DNA of 64,000 nt from positions 57,598,001-57,662,000 of the forward strand of contig CM126221.1 of NCBI GenBank assembly GCA_052327205.1. Direction: 5' to 3'. This document shows, one piece after another, positions 12,797 through 25,069 of this stretch. The stretch is from Somniosus microcephalus. Its lineage: Eukaryota. Every line of letters begins with the position of its first letter. The stretch's first letter is position 1. The translations under genes were made by a program, and so were the position numbers. The notes under the pieces are model-generated. The model had not been told where the DNA came from. It worked only from the letters and a program-made list of their open reading frames with translations, and searched no databases.

Positions 12797-12940
12797 AGGG
12801 TACTGAGGGGTTACAGCTGGTTACAGGGTACTGAGGGGTTACAGCTGGTTACAGGGTACTGAGGGGTTACAGCTGGTTACAGGGTACTGAGGGGTTACAG
12901 CTGGTTACAGGGTACTGAGGGGTTACAGCTGGTTACAGGG
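12797..12940. repeat. 28-bp minisatellite, 5 identical copies, inside a degenerate array (about 12690-13030)
   Basis: Unit agggtactgaggggttacagctggttac. Confidence 0.95.
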
Positions 12941-13449
12941 AACGGAGGAGTACACTTTCTATTTATAGAGCATTGAGGGCTAGACTATGGGGTACTGATG
13001 ATACTCACTCTGTAAGGGATCATGATGGGAACGTGAGTCAGCTATTCGACTCATTAAGCCTACTCCACCATGGCAGCTAATGGAAACACTTCAACTGTGC
13101 AAACAGGTGAGTGCAGCACCCGCATTAACATCAACACTCCCCATGGGTGAGCAGCACAGACACCCCAATACAAGTAAACTGGAACTTGTTCTATGGTCAG
13201 ATTCTACACGCCAGCTAAGAAATGATTCCAGTTGTTGCCAGAATTGTATAATCCAAATACATTTTGCAATAACACAAATTAATGCACCTACTCTAGCCCA
13301 TCAGTTCCAATCGTGCGCTCTCTCTCCACGTGCAGAACAGGCGGAATCTGTAATATAACGGGACCCAGGTGAAACCAATCATGCAATAAGCTTAAATGAG
13401 AAGATTAATGTTTATATAACAGCACACAGCAACAAGGCACTGTCTATTG

Positions 13450-13660
13450 GAATCCAATATTTATCCCTCAACAAACAACACTGAAACAGATTATCTGGTC
13501 ATTATCTCATTGCTGTTTGTGGGAGCTTGCTGTGCGCAAATTGGCTGCCGCGTTTCCTAGGTTACAACAGCGACTACACTTCAAAAAGTACTTCATTGGC
13601 TGTGAGGCGCTTTGGGGTGTCCTGAGGTCATGAAAGACACAATATAAATGCAAGTCTTTC
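13450..13660 (+). mobile_element. SacSINE1-like Deu-domain SINE, 3' half
   Basis: cagattatctggtcattatc...gtttgtgggagcttgctgtgcgcaaattggctgccgcgtttcc...ataaatgcaagtcttt. Confidence 0.85.
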
Positions 13661-13799
13661 CATGTTTTATATTGACATATACTTCAACAACCGACTCAAC
13701 AGTCCAGCAACCGACACTGAACAAGTGCACCACTTGCAAAATTATTTCAGGCATCAGTTTGTTTTGTGTCCGTGTCCTTTTCCACTTGATATTTCATAG

Positions 13800-15190
13800 C
13801 ATCATAGACTCTTACAGCACAGAAGGACCATCGTGCCTGTGCCGGCTCTTTGAAAGAGCTGTCCAATTAGTCCCACTCCCCTGCTCTTTCCCCACAGCCC
13901 TGCAAATTAGTTCTCTTCAAGTGCACGTCCAATTGCCCTTTGAAGGTTACTATGGAATCTGCTTCCACCACACTTTCAGGTAGTGCGTTCCAGATCTTAA
14001 CAACAACATGGAAGATAGGAGCAGGAGTAGGCCATTCGGCCCCTCGAGCCTGCTCCGCCATTCAATGAGATCATGGCTGATCATCCAAATTCAGTACCCT
14101 GTCCCTGCTTTCTCCCCATATCCCTTGATCCCTTTAGCCTTAAGAAATGTATCTAACTCCTTCTTGAATATATTTAATGAATTGGCCTCAACTGCCTTCC
14201 GTGGCAGAGAATTCCACAGGTTCACCACTCTCTGGGTGAAGAAATTCCTCCTCATCTCAGTCCTAAATGGCTTACCCCTTATCCTTAGACTATGACCCCT
14301 AGTTCTGGACTCCCCCACCATTGGGAACATCTTTCCTGCATCTAGCCTGTCCAGGCCTGTCAGAATTTTATAGGTTTCGATGAGATCCCCTCTCAATCTT
14401 CTAAACTCCAGTGAGTACAAGCCCAATCGACACAATCTCTCCTCATACGTCATTCCTGCCATCCCAGGTATCAGCCTGGTGAATCTTCGCTGCACTCCTT
14501 CCATGGCAAGAACATCCTTCCTCAGATAAGGCGACCAAAACTGCACACAATACTCAAGATGTGGTCTCACCAAGGCCCTGTACAACTGCAGCAAGACATC
14601 CTTGTTCCTGTAATCAAACCCTCTCGCTACGAAGGCCAACATACCATTTGCCTTCTTAACCGCCTGCTGCACCTGCATGCTTACCTTCAGCAACTGGTGC
14701 ACAAGAACACCCAGGTCTCTGCACTTCCCCTTCTCCCAATCTATTGCCATTCAAATAATAGTCTGCCTTCCTGTTTTTGCCACCAACAACAAACTCTTGT
14801 ATTTATATAGTGTCTTTAACATAGTAAAACATCCCAAAGCACTTCACAGGATTGTATGAAGAAATGTCTCATGTCCCCTCTAGTTCTTTTGCCAATTATT
14901 TTAAATCTATGAGCTCTGGTTACCGACCCACTTGCCAGAGGGAACAGTTTCTCCCTACTTGCTCCATCGAAACCCCTCATAATTTTGAATACCTCTATTA
15001 GGTCTCCCCTTAACCTTTCCTGCTCTAAGGAGAACAATCCCGGCTTCTCCAATCTCGCCACATAACTGAACTCCCTCATCCCTGGCATCACCTGGGTAAA
15101 CCTCCTCTGTACCCTCTCCAGGGCCTTGATGTCCTTCCTAAAGTGTGGTGCCCAGATTTGTACACAATGCTCCAGCTGAGGCCTTACCTC
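13800..15190 (-). mobile_element. Older CR1 fragment (13800-14000 and 14850-15190) interrupted by an L2 tail and a young CR1
   Basis: ORFs 13867..14061 and 14816..15232 are consecutive parts of CR1 ORF2. Confidence 0.8.
14005..14784 (-). mobile_element. Young CR1 LINE, same subfamily as 4403 and 19683
   Basis: ORF 14091..14750 ends ...KAKGIKGYGEKAGTGY. Confidence 0.93.
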
Positions 15191-15237
15191 ATTGGCAGAG
15201 GTTAGCCCCCCCAGCACCCCCTTCAAGAGCACTGGTG

Positions 15238-15895
15238 TAACAACAACTTGCGTTTATGTAGCATTCTTAACTTAGAAAATCAGCCCAAAGTGCTTCATAG
15301 AGGCATAATCGAAAAACTGAGCCAGGAGATATTGGGAGAGGCGACCAAAAGCTTGGTCAAAGAGGCTTTTTTTTTAGCAAAGCCTTAAAGGAGATGGGGA
15401 AGATTGAGAAGCCTAAGGAGTTGGGGAGAAAATGCCAGAGCATGGCAGCTGAAGGCACAGCCACCAGTGTTGGGTAAAGTGGGTGGCGATGCACAAGAGG
15501 CCAGAGCCAGAGGAATGGAGAGATTGGGGGCGGGAGGCGGGGGGCGAGTTGTAGGGCTGGAGGAGGTTACAGAGATGCAGAGGGGTGAGGCTATGAATGG
15601 ATATAAACACAAGGATGAGAAGTTTTCACTTAAGGCATCGGGGGAGCGGGAGCAAGGACAGGGGTGATGGGTAAGCGAGATGGTGCTAGATTGGATACAG
15701 ACAGCAGAATTTTGGATTGAGCTGAAATTCATGGAGGATGGGAGGCCAGCCAGCAGAGCATTGCAACAGGTGTGTCTGCAGGTAACAAATGCATGGATGA
15801 AGGTTCCAGCAGTAGATGGGATGTGGCAGAGACAGAGGTGGATGATGTTATGGAGGTGGAATTAGGTGGTCTTTGTGACAGAGAGGATGTGCATC
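15238..15895 (-). mobile_element. L2 LINE 3' fragment
   Basis: aacaacaacttgcgtttat tail; decayed IQNSA and HHPCP (HITP-like) coding remnants in ORF 15385..15732. Confidence 0.7.
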
Positions 15896-16744
15896 CCATC
15901 AGTCCAGACTGGATTTGAACCTAGGCTACAGAGGTGAAATAGCCTGCAAGAACTTCACATTCCATGCACTATAAGTGTAAGAAACCATAAAAACTCAGGC
16001 CGCACCTTGTAATTTACTCTGCGTCAATGTTACTTATTGGCCGTGCAAGACCTGAGTTTGGGAGGATGCCCTGTATCGGGGCGGGGCGGGGGCAGGGGCA
16101 TGGAAACTGCTCCAGAAACCAACAGAAGCACAAATAAGTGAGCGATGACCTGAGATAGGGAGACACAAGCAAAGAAATACCCTGGTACTGATTGCTACTT
16201 AAATGGTGCTCCATTGGACCAATGCAGGTGGTGCTCTCGTGATACCCACTCTCAACGACCCAGTTTATCCAATAGTGGGAAGAGGGCTGGGGGGAGGCAA
16301 GTGTGGAGCATAAACACTGGCATGGACCAGTTCAGCCAAATGGCCTCTTTCTGTGCTGTACACTCTATGTAATCCAGGTCATTCCACACAGATACCAAGT
16401 TAAGTGCAAGCACCAGCTCCAAGGAGGCACAATAAATCTTGCAAGTTACTCTAAATTGGCCTCACTAAGAACCCAAAGATAGTTACAGGCCAGTTGCATG
16501 GGAGCAAGAGCAGATACCACATCTCTGATGGCATTTGCTTTTTTTCCCATTCTAATGTTCTCCCCTTCTCTCCTGAAGGTGCTGACGTTTGTTGGGGTAG
16601 CGTTCCACAGACACCCAAGTCAACCTTCTTCAGCCACTTTCCAACACAATTAGAAACAGGTGCTCTGGGAGATTTTGCTCCACGTCTTGCTAAAGTGTGC
16701 TGAAACCACTTGCAGCAATGTCCTGGCTGCGCTGAGCTAACTTA

Positions 16745-17370
16745 GACCATAGGTACAGGAGGAGGCCATTCAGCCCCTCGAGCCTGTTCTGCCATTCAAT
16801 TAGATCATGGCTGATCTGTATCTTAACTCCATTTACCCGCCTTGGTTCCATATCCCTTAATACATTTGTCTAACAAAAATCTATCAATCACTTTTGAAAT
16901 TTTCAATTGACCCCCCACCCACCACCCCCAGCCTCAACAGCTTTTTGAGGGGGAGAGTTCCAGATTTCCACTGCCCTTTGTGTGAAGAAGTGCTTCCTGA
17001 CGTCACCCCTGAACAGCCTAACACTAATTTTAAGGTTACGGCCCCTTGTTCTGGACATCCCCACCAGAGGAAATAGATTCTCTCTACCCAATCAACTCAT
17101 TTATTCATCTTAAACACCTCAATCAGATCACCCCTTAATCTTCATTTCTCAAGGGAAAACAAGCCTAGTCTATGCAGCCTGTCCTCATAATTTAACCCTT
17201 TTAGCCCCGGTATCATTCTGGTGAATCTGCGCTGCACCCCCTCCAAGGCCAGTATATCCTTCCTGAGGGGCGGTGCCCAGAACTGAACGCTGTGCTCCTG
17301 ATGGGGTCTAACCAGAGCTTTATATAACTGAAGCATACATTACACCCCTTTGTGTTCCAGCAATCTTGAG
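16745..17370 (-). mobile_element. CR1 fragment
   Basis: ORFs 16903..17091 and 17142..17336 (LYKALVRPH, QRRFTRMIPG). Confidence 0.88.
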
Positions 17371-17659
17371 TTGAAGGCTGAATGGGGATTGAGTCTGGCC
17401 TGTAGTCTGTCAGAGGAAAGCATAGTCTGTGTATTTTATAAGTAGTTGGTTTCAGCAGAGACTGGGCCACGAATTACTTTCAGTGATATTACTTCAAAAT
17501 CAAAGCGACTGTGATATTTTCTGATTGCCGCAGTAAGTTTGCTGATTTTTGTATCCAGTGCCTACAAAAGGCGGCAATGCATGGAGACAAGGCCAGCATA
17601 GGGTTAAAATTGATCAGTGTCACCCCTAGGCTGCATTAGTGACATCAGACAGCTTCTCT

Positions 17660-18090
17660 TACATAAGAAATAGGAGCAGGAGTAGGCCATTCGGCCCCTC
17701 GAGCCTGCTCCGCCATTCAATAAGATCATGGCTGATCTTCTACCTCATCTCCACTTTCCCACCCTATCCCCATATCCCTTGATTCCCTTAATATCCAAAA
17801 ATCTATCAATCTCTGTCTTGAATATACTCAACGAATGAGCCTCCACAGCCCTCTGGGGTAGAGAATTCCAACGATTCACAACCCTCAGTGAAAAAATGTC
17901 AGTCCTAAATGACCGACTTCTTATCCTAGGACGATGACCCCTAGTTCTAGACTCTCTAGCCAGGCCAGAAACAGCCTCTCGGCATCTACCCTGTCAAGCC
18001 CTGTAAGAATGTTGTATGTTTCAATGAGATCACCTCTCATTCTTCTAAACTCCAGAGAATATAGACCCATTCTACTCAATCTCTCCTTCT
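17660..18090 (-). mobile_element. CR1 fragment
   Basis: ORF 17921..18139 with GLYSLEFRRMRGDLIETY; acataagaaataggagcagg tail. Confidence 0.88.
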
Positions 18091-18340
18091 GAAGGTACTG
18101 ACTGATGTTGGGGTGTGGTTCTACATTTCCCTCACCCACTGAGCATTCGCGTGCGGGCTGCGACAGTGAGCAGGCTCTTCCAACATTGGGGGTATCACAG
18201 CCCAGCCCGATTTTGACCTCCCCACACCCACACCCTCTCCAGCAGGTGTCACTGGGTAAGGAGCAGGAACCCCCGGCTGATTCCTAGCCCAAGGGACTGA
18301 AGATAACTGCAGCCCTCACTGAGCACAGGCGACAGATTCT
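18090..18340 (-). mobile_element. Unclassified SINE-like repeat (related copies at about 35040-35370, 35880-36090, 40680-40980, 55860-56390 and 57700-57990)
   Basis: The shared 3' motif ...ggaaccgtaccccagca-gagtcagcaccttcaggagagg recurs in degenerate form; several copies have a tRNA-like head. Confidence 0.55.
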
Positions 18341-19682
18341 CCTTTAACGAATAATTATTTACATATTTAATTTTAATAAAGTAGAGGATTGACTGAATAA
18401 GGCCCCTGTAATTATCCCCTAGCTTGCATTGTCCTCTGTGCATGTTTCCATATGCCAGCACCGCCACCACCCCCGGTAATTTCCACAAGGTAGTGGCAGC
18501 GATCCACTCAGCTCAAATTAGAGACTGAAATATTAAAAAATATTGAACAATTTTTGCGCTTCTTAATTGCACAGATTATTAGAAATACCAGAAGCGAACG
18601 TGGACAACGCAACGTTATCTGCAGGGAGAGGGGAGGTGAAAGCAAGGGACTGGGGAGGGATAACATTAGAGCCAGATTTTAAAAATTGCAAGCGACAGGA
18701 CGGCCCATATTGTCTCGTTTCAGACAGTCGGAGCCCCGGGAATAATGTGGGAGATTAATTCCAGTCGATGCATTTCCCCCCTCAGCTTCTGGCTACATCC
18801 GCGGTGGCTTTAAACTGCGCTTTTTATCTCCAGTTTGCACCATCTTACCTTTGAGCAGTTTCAATTTCAGAGTCAATTTCGACTGTGTTGTTCGCCCTGT
18901 TTGTCTTCACCCTCTCTCCCTCTACTTGTGGCGGGGGCTTGAGCAGAGGTTTTGGGGTCGGTTCAGATCCCTGCCCGCCTCCCCCACCCCAACCATTTGA
19001 TCACCACTTGCTAGCTGACTTGCATTTTGTTTTTTAAATAATTTTTCGAACGCTATCTACAAAAACAAGAAAGTTTCCCTACAAACTTTGCTCTCTCTTC
19101 CCTCCCAGGGAATGAATGAATGGGCGCTTCGGTGCGATCGCCAGGACAACGGCGACTAGTCTGCACTGTGAATGTCTGACTTGGAAAACAAAAGGAAATA
19201 ATGACTGCACTTTTTTAAAAAAAAATAAGCGTTTTAAAAATAAACAGAAACCATTTTCCTTTCCCCGGTATTCCAGGTTTCTCATTTCCTCCCAACAATT
19301 CAGGCGTTTCCCAATCAGCTGTAAACTCCATTCCTTGACCAGAGAAGGAACTAAACTGAGGAATTCAAGGAGTGGATTCCAGATCCATTGCTGCAGGACT
19401 CCATCGGGAAAGACTTGCCTTCAGACAGCGCCTTCCAGCTCCCTCGGAATGTCCCAAAAGTGCACCCGGTACTGTGGCTAACTTGGAAGTACTGAACAAA
19501 GCTTGGGAAAACTGACACCAAGTGACATCTCAATAAACAATGTACAGTCTCCCCTTCCTCTCCCCCTCCCCCAGTCTCCCAAGCACTCGAGCCCTGAAAG
19601 CTCATCGCCCTGCAGTTTCTCACCCCCCCTTATTCTTTCCAAACTCCTCTCCATCCACGAGACCCACCTCCTGCTCCCTTGA

Positions 19683-20177
19683 TGGCGAAGATTCACCAGG
19701 CTGATACCTGGGATGGCAGGAATGACGTACGAGGAGAGATTGGGACGATTGGACTTGTACTCGCTGGAGTTTAGAAGAATGAGAGGGGGTCTCGTTGAAA
19801 CTTATAAAATTCTGACAGGACTGGACAGACTAGATGCAGGAAGGATGTTCTCGATGGTTGGGGAGTCCAGAACCAGGGGTCACAGTCTAAGGCTAAGGGG
19901 TAAGCCATTTAGGACAGAAATAAGGAAGAATTTCTTCACCCAGAGAGTGGTGAACCTGTGGAATCCTCTACCACAGAAGGCGGTGGAGGCCAGTTCATTA
20001 AATATATTCAAGAAGGAGTTGGATATATTTCTTAAGGCTAAAGGGATCAAGGGGTATGGGGAGAAAGCAGGGACCGGGTACTGAATTTGGATGATCAGCC
20101 ATGATCTCATTGAATGGCGGAGCAGGCTCGAGGGGCCGAATGGCCTACTCCTGCTCCTATCTTCTATGTTTCTATGA
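19683..20177 (+). mobile_element. Young CR1 LINE 3' end
   Basis: ORF 19713..20084 ends GYGEKAGTGY; tail ttctatgtttctatg. Confidence 0.93.
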
Positions 20178-20337
20178 ACGTTCGAGCTCGGCATCAGGTG
20201 TAATATTTTCATATATTTTTTTGTATTTACAATCTTGCTGCAATCCGGCACCAAACAGACACTCGCTGTGCACCGAGTTCTCTCAACCCTACATTGCAGC
20301 ACTCCCCAGTTACTGCCCCTGCTCCATGTATGTAACA

Positions 20338-20686
20338 GCATCACTTTAAAACAGATTATCTGGCCATTATCACATTGCTGTTTGTGGGACCTTGCTGTGT
20401 GCCTACATTACATTACATTACAACAGTGACTACACTTCAAAGGTAGGACACCCCGAGGTCATGAAAGGCACTGTATAAATGCAAGGTCACTGGGGAGAAC
20501 TCACCTCCTATTCTCCAAATAGTGTCATGAGAACTTTTAAGAGGGCAGATCGGTTCTCCGTTTAAGATCTCACCTGAAAGACAGCACCTACCAACAGTGC
20601 AGCACTCCCTCAGTACTGCATTGGGAGTGTCCACCTAGATTTTGTGCTCAAGTCTCTGGAGTGGGACGAACCCACAACCTTCTGAG

Positions 20687-20717
<31 letters not shown>

Positions 20718-20730
20718 GTGCTGACACCTC
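20338..20730. mobile_element. Two SacSINE1-like fragments in opposite orientation (tail on +, tRNA-derived head on -)
   Basis: 20338-20485 matches the SINE tail; 20490-20730 is the reverse complement of the head (gcactccctcagtactgca ... cccactgagccac). Confidence 0.75.
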
Positions 20731-21085
20731 AGGAAGCCAATTACGTCAATTGATCAACAGGAACTTAACGCTGGGCCTCAAAGGGAGAAGATGGGAGTTG
20801 TTGGTTGGACTTGTGAGAGACATGAAGGAACTTCCTTTGAAGAACTGAAAGAGATTTTCATTGGTCCATTAGGGAGCAATGGAGGAGACAAATGTGCACT
20901 GGGTAGAGACATTGCAGTAGGAGACCTGGAGGGTGTGAACACTGAAACTGTGTGATCTCAAGGAAGGTGACGAAAAATGAATGGAATTATCAGCAAAAGA
21001 GTGGATAGGGGTATATGTGAGTGGATGAGGCCATTGATAGGAAGAAGAAACAGAGTTGAAAGAGTTCAGAGCTTTGGGGATAGAG

Positions 21086-22125
21086 TGGATCTGTGATGTC
21101 ACACACTGATCGTGTAGCTGGATCTGTGATGTCACACACCAATTGTGTAGCTGGATCTGTGATGTCACGCATCGATCGTGTAGCTGGATCTGTGATGTCA
21201 CACACCGATCATGTAGCTGGATCTTTGCTGTCACACACCGATCATGTAGCTGGATCTGTGATGTCATACGGATCGTGTAGCTGGATCTGTGATGTCACAC
21301 ACCGATCGTGTAGCTGGATCTGTGATGTCACGCATCGATCGTGTAGCTGGATCTGTGATGTCACGCACTGATCATATAGCTGGATCTGTGATGTCACACA
21401 CCGATCATGTAGCTGGATCTGTGATGTCACACACCGATCATGTAGCTGGATCTGTGATGTCACACACGGATCGTGTAGCTGGATCTGTGATGTCATGCAT
21501 CGATCGTGCAGCTGGATCTGTGATGTCACGCACTGATCATGTAGCTGGATCTTTGATGTTACACACCAATCATATAGTTGGATCTGTAATGTCACACACG
21601 GATCATGTAGCTGGATCTGTGATGTCACACACGGATCATGTAGCTGGATCTTTGATGTTACACACCAATCATGTAGTTGGATCTGTGATGTCACACACGG
21701 ATCATGTAGCTGGATCTGTGATGTCACACACTAATTGTGTAGCTGGCTCTGTGATGTCATACATCTATTGTGCAGCTGCATCTGTGATGTCATATGCCTA
21801 TCCTGTAGCTGGATCTGTGATGTCACACACTGACTGTGTAGCTGGATCTGTGATGTCACACACTGACTGTGTAGCTGGATCTGTGATGTCACACACTGAC
21901 TGTGTAGCTGGATCTGTGATGTCACACACTGACTGTGTAGCTGGATCTGTGATGTCACACACTGACTGTGTAGCTGGATCTGTGATGTCACACACTGACT
22001 GTGTAGCTGGATCTGTGATGTCACACACTGACTGTGTAGCTGGATCTGTGATGTCACACACTGACTGTGTAGCTGGATCTGTGATGTCACACACTGACTG
22101 TGTAGCTGGATCTGTGATGTCACAT
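21086..22125. repeat. 33-bp minisatellite, about 31 copies
   Basis: Unit gtagctggatctgtgatgtcacacactgactgt; gives an 11-aa periodicity in the overlapping ORFs. Confidence 0.96.
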
Positions 22126-22809
22126 GTCCATCCCCTCCCTCCCAGACAAAGTTGACAACAAAGAGAATAAAATATCTGAGGGAATAAAATCACTTTCCAT
22201 TCTAGCATTTCGACCATGGAAGATTGCAGGGTACAGCCAATATTTTAATCTTAACACAATATGCTATGTGAAGGAGAATTAACTATAATGTGCAGCTCAT
22301 TATAATGCAATAATGCTTGTCTTCTGAGGACTGTTATAATGAGAGCAGAGCGCATCGCCCAAGATAATGGACAGGCACAAAATGAATTAGAAAGTTGCAT
22401 GTGGGGGTCCCTATTGATTGCAGGCTTGTGTGTGCATGCATAGCTGTACATATATCGACCAAAGGCCAACTCAAGTCAGTATTATTTTTTATAATGCTCC
22501 CTCACGACAGTGTTGGTTGGATCCATGGTTCTACTGCACCAACAAAGAGACAGATGTTAGGAGTGGTGATTCTGCCTCAGATCAGAGACAAGTGTAACAC
22601 ACATCAGAAAGTTGGAGAGTGGCTCCCTCTGCTGACAGAAATAAAGTACTTCAAGCTGTATCATGAGTTCCTTTATATCGGGGGGTGGGGGGGGTGTTGA
22701 ACTGAGCAAGAAGCTACCGTCCAGTACGACCAAAGCCAATATTTTATGTTGGTATTAGTTTCAAACCAATTGGTACTTAATTCAACGGGCTCACAATATA
22801 GGATGTTAA

Positions 22810-23080
22810 GAAGCCCATCATGCCTGTGAAAGAGCTCTCCAATTAGTCCCACTCCCCTGCTCTTTCCCCGAAGCCCTGCAAATGTTGCCTTTTCAAGTAT
22901 TTATCTAAGTCCCTTTTGAAAGTTACTGTTGAATCTGCTTCCACCCACCCATTCAGGCAGTGCATTCCAGATCACAACAACTCGCTGCATTAAAAAAAAT
23001 ATCCTAATCTCCCCCTGGATTTTTTGCCAATTATCTTAAATCTGTGTCCTCTGGTTACCAACCCTCCTGCCACTGGAAAG
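22810..23080 (-). mobile_element. CR1 3' fragment
   Basis: caattagtcccactcccctgctctttcccc ... ttccagatcacaacaactcgctg, shared with other CR1 copies. Confidence 0.8.
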
Positions 23081-23597
23081 TTTTTTATTCACTATTTTTG
23101 TCCTATTTAAAGTTCATGGGCCTGGACATTTGTAAAAGGCTGTTGCACACTGCTCAATACATCCCAAATCAGAACCCCCAGCTCCTTTAATATCAGCAGC
23201 TTGAGATAAATGGAAAATTAATGAGAACTGGGATTTAAACTGTATGTGTGGTCCCCAAGACTCCACGCTACACATTTAAATGTTCCACAAAGGCAACAAT
23301 CTGGCAGAGTCCCGTGCTGCGGAACACATCTCCCGTACAGCGGTACTGTCAGCCGTGGCTTGCAGTGATCACAAACCTCCTGTATGTTACAACAATCACT
23401 GTAGAACTGAGACCACCTGGACAGCAAATTTTAGCGTCTCAAAAACTGCCCCCACCCACCGCGTTCACTGGTGTGTGCATTGCTTGAGAGACCCGAGACA
23501 TGTTGAGCATTTGGATAAAACTAAAGTGCTAAATGAATACTTTGCATCGGTTTTCATGATTGAAGATGATGCTAAGCTGCTAACAAGGGATGCTTTT

Positions 23598-23830
23598 TAA
23601 CAACTTGCATTTATATAGCACCTTCAATATAGTAAAACATCCCAAGATGCTTCACAGGAGCGTTAGCAGACAATATTTGACACCGAGCAAGACCTATAAG
23701 GACAGGTGGCCAAAAGCTTGGTCAAAGAGGTAGGTTTTAAGGACCGTCTTTCAGGAGAGGTCGAGAGGCGGAGACGGTTAGGGAGGGAATTAGTTAGGAT
23801 TAAGGCACTCAAGGGCTGCTGACCCCAATG
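23598..23830 (-). mobile_element. L2 3' fragment
   Basis: aacaacttgcatttatatagcacc ... caaaagcttggtcaaagaggtaggttttaagg. Confidence 0.7.
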
Positions 23831-23904
23831 CCATTTAACTAAGAGTACAGTACTAAAGGAAATGGGTGAGTGGGCCACTGGCTCGTCTATTTAATTGCTC
23901 CTAG

Positions 23905-24375
23905 TGGCTGCCTTGGCTCAGTGGGTCGCACTCTTACCTTGGAGTTAGAAGGTTGTGGGCTCATAGCCCCACTCTAGAAACGTGAGTACAAAGTCCAGGC
24001 TAACACTCCCAGAACAGTACTGAGGGAGTGCTGCACTGTCGGAAGCGTCATCTTTCAGATGGAGTGTTTAACTCCGGAAGCTCTGCCCACCTTCTCAGGT
24101 GGATGCAAAAGATCCCACGGCACTATTTAAAAAGCAGGCGAGTCTCTCAGTGTCCTGGTCAACATTTATCCCTCAATTAACATCACCCAAAACAGATTAT
24201 CTTATCATTATCACGGTGGTGTTTGTGGGAGCTTGCTGTGCACAAACTGGCTGCCGCGTTTCCTGCATTACAACAGTGACTACACTTCAAAGGTACTCCA
24301 ATGGCTGTAAAGTGCTTTTGGATGTCCTGAGGTCATGAAAGGTGCTATATAAATATATAAATGCAAGTTTTTCTT
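23905..24375 (+). mobile_element. Near full-length SacSINE1-like SINE (tRNA head, Deu domain, L2-like tail)
   Basis: A-box-like tggctcagtgg; cagtactgagggagtgctgcactgtcgga; aaaagatcccacggcactattt; tail ggtgctatataaat...gcaagtt. Confidence 0.88.
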
Positions 24376-25069
24376 TTCAAATGATTTAGTGGGGAAATGC
24401 AGTGCCATACAGCCCAAGCTGTTGCCAGGGTTTGTGCTGAGGTTTAGCTTGATTTCAGCCTGTGTTGCGAGGGTACTACAATTGTTCTCAGTGTCTCCAG
24501 GCTGTAGGGAGAGGCGGCGAGGGGGAGCAGTTGCGGGGTTGGGGGAGGGGGAAGGAAAGGACAGAAAAGTCAGCCTGGCGTCCTGATTATTATCTAGTAA
24601 CTCCTGCACAGTCAGTCCTGGGAGGCCTCCCAACACATTCAGTTTCACATATGAAAGATGGGCCCTTGGCCATGGAGACATCATACTCCAGCACGGATCC
24701 GCTCAGATTCAGCAGAGGTGGGAGGAAGAAAAAAAAAATTAAGACACAGTACAGAGATTTACCTCAGAAGCAAATTCTTCACTTGTAAATGGTAATTGCA
24801 CCTTCAAAGCAAACCAACCATCCTGCAAATGCCCACAACTCGTCTAAACAGAATGTAGAACTAAGGACAAGCGTGCAAAACCTTCAACCTTGAACACTTC
24901 TCACGCTCACTTGCGATTTTATCTCCAGTAATCTGGATTTGTAAATTTCTGAAGTTCATTTCTGTCTGATTGCATTTGATATTCCGAATATAAATCTATT
25001 ATTCCTGTAACAATCTTAAGAGTTCATGAATTTGTTTGAGTCAAATCCCAGCCCCAGGAGAAAGCATTG

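Noticed and set aside
21086-22125. CRISPR-like array or 288-aa repeat protein
   Set aside because: Units are contiguous with no unique spacers, there are no cas genes and the context is eukaryotic. The ORFs arise because a 33-bp unit lacks stops in some frames.
23905-23990. tRNA gene
   Set aside because: Decayed tRNA-derived SINE head that continues into the Deu domain; no intact cloverleaf or B box.
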